Shown one piece after another: positions 48,991 to 63,224 of a stretch of DNA of 64,000 nucleotides; positions within the stretch are counted from its first letter, which is position 1; each line of letters starts with the position of its first letter. The translations under genes were made by a program, and so were the position numbers. Below the pieces are notes generated by a model. The model made no database searches and had not been told where the DNA came from. It saw only the letters and a list, made by a program, of their open reading frames with translations. Source of the DNA: Utricularia gibba (lineage: Eukaryota; Plantae; Magnoliophyta); NCBI GenBank assembly GCA_002189035.1, contig NEEC01000014.1, positions 2,790,001 to 2,854,000 on the forward strand. Direction: 5' to 3'.

Positions 48991-51900
48991 TTAACTATGT
49001 GACCATTTACGTGCATGGTTCCACCCCCTTGTGTTTGGTTTATCATAGACATTGCATGTCATAAAAGCAGTGGAATTTAAAAATTTTTGAGAAACCCCAA
49101 ATACAGATCTCAGAATAAAGTATATGTTATATAAAGAGATATTGACAATACTTTTCAGTGGACTCTATTGTTCACCAACCATCATTAGTAGATGGCATCT
49201 ATGGTATTCACAAGTGAAGCACTCTATCGATAACCTTCTCAAGGCCACTGAATGATTGTTGATCTCCTCAGATACTAGTAGAGAAAGTCGCTCCTTGCAA
49301 ATGAATCTAAGAGAGAACAAAGATATGAAAATCTATGCAGATCAAATCTTTCTGATTATCTTATATAGATATTTGGTAATATATCTAATTAAATCTCCGT
49401 AAATATCTTATCTTGTAGAGATATATATATGTTCCAAATCTTATTTATATCAGATCTTTTATGTTGAGTTTAATCATTATCAATCTCAAAATAGCTCTTC
49501 ATTTAATTTATCTACTTTACCAATTACATCTCATGTAATTGTGTCATTCCATTTTATACTTATGAGGGACTTCACTATTGTGTATGACCCTATAATCTTC
49601 TTTAATCAAGGTCATTGATGCGTGTCGTTTCCACAACAAATTTTAATATTTTTCAAAACTTGTAAAACACAAAACCATAGTACGGGTGTCGAACGCAGGA
49701 AGTTATTTTTTAGTGAAAGTTGATGTTACACCAAATACAACTGTCACGATTTTTAAACGGTTTTGTAAAGTAAAAGTGCAAGAAATGTAAACAAACAACA
49801 AAAATAAACTTAAGCGATGAACCTTAAATAAAGTAAATGTTTCTGGGTTTGGAATCTTGTCTAGCTATGTTCGTTGCATTTTCACTCTTCTCTGGTCTTC
49901 TCGAGTACTCAGTTATAGGAGTAAGGAATTGCCTATCCTCCCTTACACTCTCTTGCAAGAAGTCACGGGAATACCTCGATGTTGATCTTCCTTAGACGAA
50001 CGTGAGAATAAGAGGTCCTACCAGCGTACCCTCACGGCCGAATTGCAAGCATGTGCCCGAGTGTTTCCAATAACCCAATGAGTCCAGATACGAGGTCACT
50101 ACCTGTCCATTGATCCTGAGATATGGCCATAGACAAAACGTTGTCTTCCTCCTGCCAAAAGGGTATGAATTGGTGCTTTCCACCTTGCTCCTCTCCAAAA
50201 CTCGCGGGTAGTGATCAGCTAACCATGAATTTTGAATAAGGGGACTGTTATATAAAGACTGTAACATAGTCGCGTGAAGGCATATGAAACCCATTCGGAT
50301 TCAAAGAAGAGATGAAGATAAGCTAACGAAACATAGATTTGGGGCTTTCCCAACCCAGAAACGGAAGTTTCTAGCCGCGAACGACCATACAAACTAAATA
50401 AAACGAGAACAAAGTTCTAGAGAGAAGTTAGAGGAAAATCCTCTAGAGAGAGAAACAAAAGTCTAAAACTAAATTGAAAAGTAAAACTAAACTTGTCTGA
50501 ACAGAACTGAGGTGAACTATTTTATCTAAGATTTCATGTCCCTATGGTTCTGTTGAACTTGGGATGACTTGCAAGCAAACATCTGCTCTGACACTGGTAC
50601 GCTAATGATGTCGTCTGTCAGAGACTCTCGTGTTCCACACATCAAGGCTCATGATTAGACGTCTGCAGTCTTCCAGAAATCAAGGGAATATCAGCTCGGG
50701 AAGATCCAATTTTTTGCCATCTGATGTCCTCTTTATCTCATTTCCTGTCACGTGTGCGTCTCTAGAAAAACTCAATTAAAACTAAAAAAATTATTAGATA
50801 AAATACAAGATTTAGGATAATTACCCTAAACTAGATAAAAACCTAAATCTCATATTATAGATTCCTAATAAGACATTCCTAATCACAATTAAGTATAAAA
50901 AACCTAAGAAATATAAAGAAAATGACACTTAACAGCCGTAATAGTGAATTTATTAATTAACTCTTAATTAATTAAATCGATCATTATTGATCATGGGTGA
51001 TGTCTAATAATATATCATGACCCCCCCCAAGATGTAGGAATAATCAGGTGAACTAATTGAGTCTTTTCATTACCAGCCACCATGCAATGAATAGTTTTTA
51101 TCATACTTATCTCATTCGATATCAGAACATGGTTGTGTCTTTAAAATGTATCGAGGTTATAATTGCATTCAAGTATTAACACTCAATAACCTATTCAAAT
51201 TCTTCAAGTATCATTACCCTAGGCCCAGGACTTACCGTTAAGATTTGATGCAATTATTTGAGATAAGATCTCATATTTAACATCAATGATGAATTCTTTA
51301 TTGATCAATCAACTATCTCCAACCTTAAGGAGTCATATCTCATCTCATCCATACTAGTCAAGCTATGGTTAGACTTCCATTAGTAATAAGCAAAAATGCA
51401 AGCGTAAGATTAAGATAACTTTTTTGACATCGAGTCTAAGCTTACTTGCACGATTGTCATATTCGAGAAAATATAAGATTTGCCAATAATTTGATTATTT
51501 CTAAAACATAAATCTCAGTAACTTTAGTCTGGCAACCTTAGAGGCCAAGATCAAGAAGTTCTTTTTGACTTTGGCTTCATGAAATCAATAAAGGGGTGCC
51601 ACCCCCTTTACTAAATTCACACAATTGCAGCTCCTTTCCTCTTTTCCTTTTTCCATACCTCAATTTCATACTGTTTGGTGGCTAAAACTTCATAAGGAGT
51701 TGCCTCAAGTATGCTTAACATATAGAAGTGTGCTTTCACAGCTCCTCATTTCCTTTCTTGCTGGTCTTACTTGCCATTTTCTTGCTAAGTCCTCCAGTAG
51801 CAGCACCTTAATGTTGACATTTGGCTAGCATTTTTGCAAACCTTTCTCCAAGTCTCATGAATCCAAGGAACAACCTGAAACATGAAAAAGAGGGGAGATT

Positions 51901-52171
51901 CCACCCTTTAATTAACCAAGGTTTAGGGGTAAATCTATAGAAACCTAAGGTTTGATCCAAAATTAAAAAATGACCACCCTTAACCATACAATAACCTCTC
52001 TCATTTTCTATACAACTATGTCTTCTCTCATTTTTCCGACATGAACAAAAAAACAAAGATGGAAATAACTCTTAGGTCCTAAATTACCCTAAATGGCTAT
52101 ATAAATAAAAATAGAAGTAAAAAGATAATTCAAAAACTAGATGAAGTTTTAGCCATAGGTTGTCTGTCACA
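48990..52171. mobile_element. Probable long non-coding LTR of unassigned family, interrupted by a family D solo LTR
   Basis: Non-coding; ends TGTCACA at 52171 where Athila remnant F begins; left end not defined. Confidence 0.35.
49616..50934 (-). mobile_element. Solo LTR, family D, with decayed TSD GTCAT/GCCGT
   Basis: TGATGCGTGTCG...GACACTTAACA termini; reverse-complement homolog of 35465-36729; the two TSD mismatches are transitions. Confidence 0.8.
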
Positions 52172-54751
52172 AGCATCCCAATTTAAATTCTTAAATTTAA
52201 CTTCCAATGCCTTCTACGTTGTTCGTGTGTCATTTAGGATAATGACTCCAGCTTTCTCCATAAATCTTTTTTTGAAGATTTTCAATCTATGGCCATTCAA
52301 TGCAAATCCCTTGTTAGTATCTTCATCACAATGGTGCTATCCAACATGATTTAAGCTTCCATGGATGCAACTTTAATATGGACTAAAATAGTGATACTTT
52401 CTGGCCAACTTTGAACATTTTTCTGGAAATATGCCTATCAAGTTTTCGTTGTGAGCAACTTTGAGCTCTCATAGGCATCATTTCTAAAATCTTCCAATTC
52501 AAAAAGCTGTAACTTCCTTTGACATGCACTAAGACTCTCATCTAAATTCAATCTTTTCATGATATACCAAGCTTTGTGCTCCAATGCAGGTAGTAGTCTA
52601 CAAGGTTTCTCATAAACTAACCAAATGATGACATTCCAATTGGTGTCTTGTATGTTGCTATGGCCCATAGAGCATTGCTTAGTCTCATTCTCAAGTCTTT
52701 TCTATTTTGATTGACTACCTCTTTCAAAATCTGCTTTATCTGCATTTGATACCTTTGTCTATCCATTTGTTTGCAGATTACATGCTTTGTCTCTATTGCC
52801 GATCCATGTTTTAGGAGTCCTACATTGCACAAAAATGTTATTCCGCAGAATACTAATGATTATGTTCACGTCGTTTTCCCTTATGGGAACAGCCTGAAAC
52901 CACTTTGATACATAACCAACAGTCATTGAAATATAATGAAATGCTCAAGGAGTGGCTCCATGAAATCAGTACCCCAAACGTTGAAGAGTTCGCAAAACAT
53001 AATTCCTCTTTGAGACATTTCACTTTTGTTGGATAAATTCCCAACTCTTTTGACATGATCCACATGCTTTGCAATAAATATAAAAATCTCTGAAAGTGTT
53101 TGGTTAATAAAGTCCACAATATAAAATCTTCATGACTATGTGATTTGGTCCATAATATCCACCAAATATCCTACATGGCATGATTCAATAATTTTTGGAA
53201 TTTGAAATTCCTGAATGCACCTTTGAATGACACCATTATTACATCTTTTCCACATTTAAAGATCATGCCATATATAATATTTGACAGCACTCTTCAATTT
53301 GTTATTCACATAGTAGTCTATTCTTGGTGGCATTACTCGTGTTGAGAGAAAATTAGCTTGCTCAACAAACCATGGTTCACAAATGCAAATTCTAACTGAG
53401 AATAATGGTTTTCTAGAAATGTTCCTACAATAAGCCTATCATTCTTGGTCTACTCTATCTTGTTGAGATGATTAGTCATTGTGTTTTTTTCCTAGTCTAT
53501 CCATGATCTTGACATCAAACTCTAGGACAAGGAGAATCCAATTGATAAGCCTCAGTTTGATTTCCTCCTTGATGAAATGCTTCAATACTAAGTGGTCTAT
53601 GTGAATGATCACTTTGTTCCAAAGAAGGTAAGACTTGAATGTTTTAAACAAATATAAAATATAGAAATTCTCATTAAGTCACTGTGTAATTTCTTTTTAC
53701 CCCATCTACTATATTAGAAGAATATGAAATAACATGATGCTGCTATTTGATTTTCTACTCTACAAAATGGCTATTTGTATGACACACAATCTCAAAATCA
53801 TGCTTTCAATTTGGTGGTTGCATCACATGAATAGTTGTTACAGCTATCTTTAAACAATCAAAAAACTTTTTACATGAGTCATCACAATGAAAATTAACAT
53901 CATTATGCAAAAGTCTACTAAGATGTAAAGCAAGTTTCTAAAAATTCTAAATAAATCTCCCATAGAAACAAACAACGCTATAAAAGGATCTTACATCTTT
54001 CACATCAATTGGATACCCCAATTTAGTCATAATCTCAATTTTTTTTATATTTAATTGAATACCTCTTCTAAAAACAACGTTATCAAGAAACATTTTATGA
54101 TCTATCATAAAATGTAAATTTTCAAAATAAAGAACAAGTTTTCTCTCAACAAAACACAGTTATACAATACTTGGTCCAAATGATCTAAGCTACCTTTAGG
54201 GGTATTGTACAATTGAAAGACATCATTATATATACATAGGTTCCGAATAGACAAATAAAGATAGTCTTGTCTTAATCTTTCTCTAGAATTACAATTTGGC
54301 TATATTTAAAATATTTATCCAAAAAGCAATAAAATGATTTTTCTGTTAATTTTTAGATCATCTAATATAAAAGTAATAAAATATTCATTCAACTTCATGT
54401 AATGTATGCAAACCATCCACCCATTTTGGATTCTTAATTGCAAATGTTCTACTTTTCCTTTGGTACTAAAGTCATAGGCATCTCTTTTGATAATAGATGG
54501 ATTGGGATGACCCATTCATTGTGTGTGATGGAGTAGATGATACTCACATCATGAAATTTCATAATTTACTTTTTTACTACTTCCATCATGTTTGGGTTGA
54601 GATGCATTTGAGGTTGTCGAACAAGTTTAGCTCCATCCTCCAAAAGAATTCTATGCATATATATTGAGAGATATATTGCTTCAATGTCCCTTGAGGTTCA
54701 ACCGATTTCATTCTTGTTCTTGATTAGTACTTGAGTAGCCATGATTCTTGG
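52172..54751 (-). mobile_element. Degenerate Athila pol remnant F (RT, RNase H, integrase)
   Basis: CELFNVWGTDFMEP, EVVNQNRKDLRMRLSNALWAIATYKTPIGMS and KLQLFELEDFRNDAYESSKL motifs; resembles remnant E. Confidence 0.85.
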
Positions 54752-55230
54752 TGTCAAGGCCCAATTCATACATTATAAATTTAGACCTTGATGCCATGTT
54801 CTTAAAGAAGAAACATAAGATCCTATTATCCTATCAACTTAAACTCATAAGGAGATTGGATATAGTTTAGTGAACATCACATAGGAAGAGGTGAAACAAA
54901 AAAAAATCATTCATATAACCATAGTATGCATGGTGTGGACAACATATTTAAATTCACTAATATGACTACTTAGACTCAATGTTTAAAAGACTCATAAAGA
55001 TAACCTATAAACACCAGGACTAGTTTGGATACCAAAATGGCTGACAGTGAGGTCCTTTCTCCTATGATCTGGATTACAACACCTAATCCTACCTTTCTCA
55101 CTCATTTCCTGGAATAATTAGCGATCAAGGCACTGAATGCAATACATCAAATCAAGAAGGCCATGTAGAGCAAGTATGTAACCATTCAAAATAAAGGATC
55201 ATTAGAATACATGAAGAATAAGTAGTAACA
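54752..55230. mobile_element. LTR fragment, family E, copy 2
   Basis: Starts TGTCAAGGCCC; homologous to 48504-48990; truncates remnant F. Confidence 0.65.
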
Positions 55231-55631
55231 TTTAACCAGCTCAAACTTTTCCTCCAACCTAAGCAGGCAAGTTTAAGCATTCTCTGGACTTCCTTTGGAA
55301 AACACTTGAATTCCCACCTTCTTCAAAGCCTCATGATTCTCCTCAAAATTCTATTAGATTGTTCTTTACTTGTTGTAGCTACATTTTCCACACTAGTACC
55401 TTCCCTAATCACTTGACCAAACTATCAGAGATGAAGCTAAGGAACAAAGTTATTCCTATGGTAAAGGTGAAGTGGAGTAATCATAGTGAACTATCACACT
55501 AGTACCTTTCCTAATCACTTGATCAAACTATCAAACACAGTCTCGGTGCTCCTCTTATAAACATGCTTCTGCAGCCGTATTTTTTTATGGTAACCTAATA
55601 TTCCTAAAAACATATGAACCATCTTTAGAAT

Positions 55632-56744
55632 TGATAACGCATATTTTTGAGTGATGAAGTACATGGAAATTACTCATATTGTACTACAAAAATCAAGTTT
55701 TATTGCCTAGTTATATATTTTGTGCATAGTATCATAGTTATGCTATTTTAATCTTAGTTGGGACTAAATCTGCGACTTAGTCCCAATCTTCTAATAGTTT
55801 TCTTTGAGCAATGCAGCACAGGTCGCAACACAAATCCCAAGGAGCCGAATCTGAATAGTGTAGTGGCAGAGGATGAGACAGAAGTTTGAAAAGGAGTACA
55901 CACAAAATCCAAGGGAGGAAAAAGTAGGATTTTGGACAAAAAGGGGGACAAGATGAAGAGAGAAAATATCCCCCATTGGAGATTCATGACATTCTTTTTG
56001 GAGAAGGTTTCTAGGGGGGAGGAAGGGGGACGAAGACTCTGAAGAACTAGTTTCTCTTTGAAGATTTATTTTCGTTCTTGATGTATACTGTTCCTAGCTA
56101 AGACTAGTTTTAGATTTACTGCGTGAACCATTTGTCTTTTCTATTTCTATTATGCACTGCTTATTGATGTTTAACTTTGAGACCATAATGTTGCTTAGAA
56201 TATGCTATGAAAACGTTTTCCTTTCTCTTGTTATGAGTGGCTAAGCACTTAGGGGTGCCTTGGAGTGAAAGGGGGAGAAATGTGTGAATCAATCTTTAGA
56301 CCTAATCAACCATGAGTCACGCTACTTCCTTAAAAAACCAGGATAGATCTAGGAGGGGGAGTAGTGAAACCCATCTTAACAACCCTAATTAGAGGTAGAC
56401 CAAAGATTAAGGGGAAAACAAGAATCCGGCAGATCTAGATTTTTGTGTGTTTGTTGTATGATTTATGGTTTGTGTGAGTTTGTTTAGTGATAAGCATACA
56501 TTCCCTAAGAGTCCCAAGGCATCACCCATTTCATCTTAGAAACAACCAAGTTCCAAAACTTGTTACTTTTCTCTACTGCACTTTAATGCAATTTTGCCTT
56601 AGTCCTATTTAAGACCAAATCTATCAACGTGAAACTGATTTCATGCATTGACTTTCACATAGAAAGCAACTAGCTCCTTGTGTTCGACCCTAGTCCACTA
56701 TGCTCATATTTTCTATATGATTTGAGGTGAATTAGGTTTACTCA
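55632..56744 (+). mobile_element. Family B LTR, 3'-truncated
   Basis: TGATAACGCATATTTTT start; homologous to 19453-20607 and 7798-8826. Confidence 0.82.
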
Positions 56745-56809
56745 TAGTTAAGACCAAATCTATCAACGTGACACTGATTTTCCATATATTTTCCATATGA
56801 TTTCATGAA

Positions 56810-58730
56810 TTGTTTGTGCTTACTCTAGCAGGAAATAAATACTTCATGCTCTTTGTTGATGACTTCAAAAAGTATGCTTGGCTATTCTTTATGAGCAGTA
56901 GATCCCAAATAATTGAGATCTTCAAGAGTTGGAAAAATTAAGTGGAAAATCTGAGCCAGCTGAAGATTAAATATTTGAGAACGGATAATGGGGGAGAGTT
57001 AACCCCACATGAACCACGACTCACATGTGAGGAAGCTGACATTGTTCATCAATTCACTATCGCGTATACACCTGAGCAAAACAGGATTTGTGAAAGATGA
57101 AACTGATCAATTATTGAAATGGCTCGCTATCTACTATTTACTATTTCAAATGGAAGTTGCATCTTGTTTCTGGGCTGAAGTAGTAAAAACTATAGTTTCT
57201 CACTCAACAGAGCATCTACAAGGGGAAATGAGAAGTAGGAGATACCTTTCACAAAATGGTTTAAGCATGAGCCATCCCGTAATCACCTCTGGATATTTGA
57301 TAGCATTTGCTATGTCCACATTCTAGCTGAATAGCAAAATAAACTGCAAGAAAATGCAGAAATTGGGGTGCTAATGGGATACAGTGACACGCCAAAGGCA
57401 TACCAAGTATGGAATCCAAAGACCAGCAGAATACAACTCTCATGGAATGTTCTTGTAAATGAGAACCTATGCTGGAATTGGAACATAGAACCAGGATTAG
57501 TGTCTCAGAGCATATTAGTATCTCTGGATGCATTATTCCCTCAACTAGATCAAGGTCAGATTCTGATTGTACCCTCCTCTATGGGCACCTATAGTACTCC
57601 AACAATCCAACATACACCTTTGGATCAACTAGTGCAGAGTTTTCAGAATTCCAGAAGAGCAAATAGTGAAAATTCTGAAAAACCAGGGTGGTCCAAGAAT
57701 ACTCGAGAAAATAATAAAACAGATGATTTGCTTTCCTTTACAAATCAAAAAAGGGATGACAATGAAAACACACATTTGAGTTCTGAGGAAAGCTATAGCT
57801 ATACTTCAATTGGAAAAATGAGAAATCTACAAGATTATTATGAAACCTGTTCAATTATATATGAGCCAAACTCAGTAATGTCAGCACTTGCTCATTCGGA
57901 CTGGAGAAAGGCAATGAAGGAGGAGCTGAAAACGATTTGCAAAAACAAAACTTGGTCTCTAAGAGAAAAACCAAAGGATAGAAAGGTGATTGGTGTGAAA
58001 TGGGTTTTAAAAAAAAAATTAAATGCTGATGGTTCACTAAATAAATTAAATGCAAGGCTAGTAGTCAGAGGCTACTTAGAAAAGAAGGGAATCGACTACT
58101 TGAAAACATTTGCCCCAGTAGCTAGATTAGACATAGTGAAAATACTACTTGCTATTGTAGCATGCAACAATTGGGAGCTGTACCATTTGGATGTGAAATC
58201 TGCATTTTTCAACAGTGATTTACAAGGAGAGATATACATAGAACAAGCTCTAGGGTTCATCATTAGAGGAGAAGAAAAATAAAGGTGTTGAAACTTCATA
58301 AAGCTCTCTATGGACTCAAGTAAGCACCTCGAGAGGGGTACAGTAAAATAAATGAGTTTTTTAAAAAAACAAGGCTTCATTAGAAGTAAAAACAATTAGA
58401 CATTGTATTTTCTAGAAAAACAAGAGAATGTAAAAGTAATTGTGTCCTTATATATGATGATATCCTCATAACCAACATCAACATTAAACTGATTCATGAA
58501 TGATGCAAAGAAAAACTCATGAAGACCTTTGATTTGAAAGATTTGGTCAAATTATCATACTTCTTGGAAATGAAAATTATCCAAACTCAGTAGCATATAT
58601 ATCGTTCGCAAAGGAATTACACACAAGAACTGATAAAGAAATAAAATTTATAGGATTCGAAATTATGAAATTATGGTGCAATGTTTTAAAGTTAGGGAAG
58701 AAACCATTGTGGCTCCCACCAATGAACAAT
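56810..58730 (+). mobile_element. Ty1/copia integrase-RT remnant
   Basis: KYFMLFVDDF, LRTDNGGE, GYSDTPKAYQVWNP, IGVKWV..DGSLNKLNARLVVRGY, FAPVARLD, LYHLDVKSAF and LHKALYGLK motifs. Confidence 0.9.
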
Positions 58731-58751
58731 GGGGGGGGGGGGGGGGGGGGG
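58731..58751. repeat. G21 homopolymer at a TE-TE junction
   Basis: Read directly from the sequence. Confidence 0.9.
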
Positions 58752-58859
58752 TGGACACCATTCTATAGACAACGCAGTTGGGAATGATTCCATTTTTGGA
58801 GGTAGAGGAGCCTTTTAAAAAAAAGAGAAGAAGCAAGTGACTATAGAAACCCAAGGTTA

Positions 58860-61310
58860 CGGCTAGGATGAAGAAAGGAAGAAACAACAAAGGTCAAAAG
58901 AAAGCACAAACTGAAAAGCATGCAATTGAAAAGATGGTTGAAGAGGCTGATGGAGAAGTGGAAGATGATAATCTACCCGAAGTAGAAGCTGGAGCCGCAA
59001 TTGAAAACACTTTAGGAAGACAAGAAGAAGGAAACAAAGAAATGATGATAGAGTCAAGGGATTCTGATAGAGGCAAGAAAAAGAGCAACCACCAAATTTG
59101 AATATTTTACTAGCAACATGGGAGGAAGACAAAGATGCAAAATCAAAGTGCTGAAAGGGAGAAACAAAAGAAAAACATGGGATGAAATAAGAAAAACTAC
59201 AGAACCTACAAGGAACAATCCAGAAAGGATGTTGATAATGAGAGTCAGGGGAAAAAAGGGGAAAAATGTTTGCCTACCTTTTCTTATTATTTTTGAGTTA
59301 AGGGGGACATGTGGATAAAGAGAAAGGGAAAGCACAGAGGAAGATGACCAGCAAAGAAATTCCCTACATCAAGCAGCATGCAGATACGCTCCACCTCAAA
59401 TACCTGAATTTTGACATTGAAGAGTATTCAAGTAGGTACAACGAGGTAAAAGGGGTAAAAGTTATTCTATACTGGGTTATAGATTTTGAAGTTTTAAAAC
59501 AATAAGAGATAGTGATTAATATTTATTCCACACTTGACTTTTTGTTATGAGAAGCTAGAAATTGTGTATACACCAACGATAGCTAGTGTATGCACTAGGG
59601 AAAGATTTTTCCTTTTCAATTATTGAGTGGAATGTCACATTAGATTTCTGTTCAGAACGAAATCTTGATTCACATACCTTTGCTACATCCTTCTTTGATT
59701 ATTCTGATGGGTATGATAATGAAAACTGAAAGGGATGTTAATTGATGAACATGTGACAAAATTTAAGTCCAACGTTACAAAAGATGATTTGTTCACTAAT
59801 CCATCTATGCGATATGTTCATTTGCGAATTTTCGTTATACTTTTTGGAGGAGTTCTTGGATTTAGTTTTTATAAAACATATATCCATCTTCATATGCTGT
59901 TTGTTGCACAATAGGTCTTTGAATTCAGGAACCATTTGAAGAAAGTAAATGAACAAGAATTATTAACAAAGCACCATCCTCCATCACAGATAGATTCAAT
60001 TACATCATGACTTTTCTCGCTCAAAAGTCATGCACTGATCGGATTTATTCGCTTGAGCTTTTTAATGTGGAAACAAAGACAACTCCTTAAATGCACATTT
60101 CCTTAAAATTGCTGAACTAATTCAAACTAGGGAAAAGCAGGTTTATTTTTAAGTTCCTTGCAAGAATTTGTGAGAATGCATTTCCAATGAAGGAAGATGA
60201 AAATTCCTCTAAACCAACTAGCTCAAGGCTGAGAAACAAAAACAAATGTTTCTGTAAGGACAAAATTCACATAATATATGATAGACATGAGGAATTGATT
60301 CGGGAAGTTAAAGAACTGAATAGAGGGTAAAAGACTCCTCCCTCATCTAATAATCAGCTATTGCTATTGTTTTATTTTATTTTGTTTGGTTTTGTTTTAC
60401 TTAGCCATGTTATGTAAGTTCACTGTTAGTTAGGAAGTGAGCACTATTCATCAAAGGTAGGAGGAATTTGATTGTCAATATTATGATTAGAAATTGTTTA
60501 AGGGATTTATGTAGATGTGAATGATGCTTTTCATGATGTGAAGAATACATGAATTTTGTTACGACTTTTGTATATACCTTTGAGCATGATCTTAACATGA
60601 TTATTTTCATGAGGAAGTAACATGTATAATATAGTCTAATTTATGCATTCAAGATTCTGTTTGACATAAACTAGTGAAGTTTGCCTTTTTGAGGGAATAC
60701 ACCATCAAGAGAAAATTGATGGGACCCTACGTCTTGAAAAGCAATGCAAAATAAAAAAAAAAAGTGTGTGCATATGACAGAGCAACGAGAAAGATGGGGG
60801 TAGAGAAATCAACTTAGATGAGGAGGAGGAAAGCCTAAAGGAGAAAGGAGTAGGAGTGCTTGATCAACATTCCATGCATAAGGGGAACACACAATGCCTA
60901 AGTTGATTTTGAAATCTCTTCCTTAGCTCAATCTATGTAAAACAAGATGATGATGAAGAAGAAAAGAGGTAAAGGAAAAACGAATGGCATCGAGGGCCTC
61001 TTAGAAGGTTGAGTTAAGCTAAATTTGGAAATTTAATATTTGAGAGTAATTCTTAATAAGAAATTATCATGGATGCTTCATAGATGACATGATTAGCACA
61101 GTTGCAATCTTTTGATTCATGCATTCGAAACAAAATGTTGAGCATCATGATAATTGTTCAGAAATTCCAAAACTCTTTTGATTTTGTAGTCTTTGTTTAC
61201 ACTTGATGACAAGTCTAGTGTCATTGTAATTACTATTTTTTAAGAATTCATTTTTATAAATTTATTTGATATGAAAAGTCCAATATTGTAATAATATAAT
61301 CTAGTTTCAA
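58860..61310 (+). mobile_element. Athila 3' half: extra-ORF remnant, 3'UTR, pre-LTR motif and collapsed LTR end
   Basis: K/E-rich then EEYSSRYNEVKGVKVILYWVIDFEVLKQ segment; 60300-60360 resembles 260-300 (reverse); pre-LTR motif at 61202-61230; LTR 3' motif TATAAATTTATTTGATA near 61255. Confidence 0.55.
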
Positions 61311-62399
61311 AATCTACCATTAGTTTATGATTTATATAAACACAACGTATAATCATAAATATGAATGGATATAAACCAAGGGAATGGTGGGTTTAATTAA
61401 ATTCAAGACTGCACTAAATTTCTCTTTATCCTTTATTTCTGTCTTATTCGTTCTTTCTCTTTTACAAAAAAAAATTAAAAAAATATGATTTTTTTAATAC
61501 ATTGTTATATGCCCAATGTGCTCGTATTATGAAAATTAATTATATACACGTGTAAACACATGTGTATTTGAATTTTTCCTTTAAAATTTTATAAATTATA
61601 TTATTAGTTTCTATTAATTAAAAATTAAAAAATGAAATATTTTTGTGAAGAAAATAAAGTTGCTATGCAATAATTACAAATTTATTCACAATACACATAT
61701 ATTGAAAAGTAACAAGTAAAATGAAATGCATTTGATATTAATAGTATTAATTTAGAGGTGAGTGTTGTACTTTCATATGAATTTCGTACACTTTAAATAA
61801 TATATATTTAATTAAAAAGTAAGACAATTTTTATACATAGCTAATCCTCTTAGATGGAATCTAGAAACAAGGTATAAAAAAAGTATATGTTATATGAGCA
61901 TGTCAATAATTCACCTGACGATGACCTGTAAAAAGGTATAGATTATTTTAAAATATCAATAAAACTCTCCAAGCATTGTTTGGAAAAAAAAAAAAAAAAA
62001 AATTACATGTTATTTTCAGGTACTGATAACCTCCCTAAGCGATTTTTGAAAAAAAAAAAAAACTTCTAAAAAAATTACATATAATATTCAAATACTCATA
62101 ATCTTCATAAGTAAATCAGAAATAATGTGTGTAAAATATTAATCATTAATTTTCAAGCATTGTTGATGTAGATAAGATGTGCTTCAAATTTCTTTTATTT
62201 TCTCCATAGTGTGTTTTTTTGGCTTATGTGGAATCTCTTTGCATGAATATTTCTTGAGTAACTACAAAATTATACTTTTTAGATCAAGATTAATTTTTTA
62301 TGGGTAGAAGATACAACCATTATTATTGTTATATTTTTTACAAGGCAAGCTATATCTTTTTCCCCTCTTTTTAAAAAATGGTTTTGAAGAAGCCTAGTG

Positions 62400-63224
62400 T
62401 AAAGTTTTTTAAAGTGTTTGTTATTGGTACATTCCTAAAAATTTAAGGACCAAGCTCAAGAAAAGAATTTTGTTGATATTATGATTGGTTTCTGACGATG
62501 TAGTGAAGTGTTTTAAAATTTATAATTCTCTCACTCAATAGTTTTCGTTCAGAAGATCTCTCAAATTTGATGAAAATGGTGTCAAGTCTCATCCCCATTT
62601 TGATAATAATGTTTTTTGAGTCATCTCAATCTAATTGGTGTTTCAATGTTGCATCCAATTCGGAAGTGTCTACCCATCCTAACTTTGATAATGAATTAGA
62701 TTTTAATCCATATGATGAGACCCATGTTCTTGGATATAGACACTTTTACTATATTGTTGAAAATTGAAATATTTCTGTGAAACCGAATTTAGCATATCAA
62801 GTTTTTATCTTTACTTCCTTGGAAATCAGTGGTGGAAGAGGAGCTAAAATCATTGAATAACATTATCAGATTAAAATGGTTTTTTTCGATATATAAACAA
62901 CTATAAGGCAAGATTAGCTGTTGAAGATGGATTATGATGAAGTTAGGCATAGATTGATTATCTTGATACCATTCGTATGAATCGCTTGCTATGTCTGCCA
63001 TTTGCAGTTGGATTGTTCATCAATTTGATGTCAAGTCTGCCTTTTTCAATAATGTAGGGATACTCATTTGTTACTCATCCACTAGGTTATAAGAAGTCCA
63101 ATCACTCTTCAAAACTGAGCTTATTAAAAAAGTCATCTTTGTATAGTAGCCTAAAGCAAGCTTCTAAACTCTATTTTTTAATGTTAAAGAAATATATGAT
63201 TTCTCATGTCTTTAAAAAGGATAC
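62400..63224 (+). mobile_element. Highly degenerate Ty1/copia RT remnant
   Basis: HQFDVKSAFFN and SLKQASK motifs. Confidence 0.55.

Noticed and set aside
48504-55230. Family E repeats as paired LTRs of one element
   Set aside because: Both are partial copies of the same end; no PBS or TSD; the interior is unrelated TE debris.
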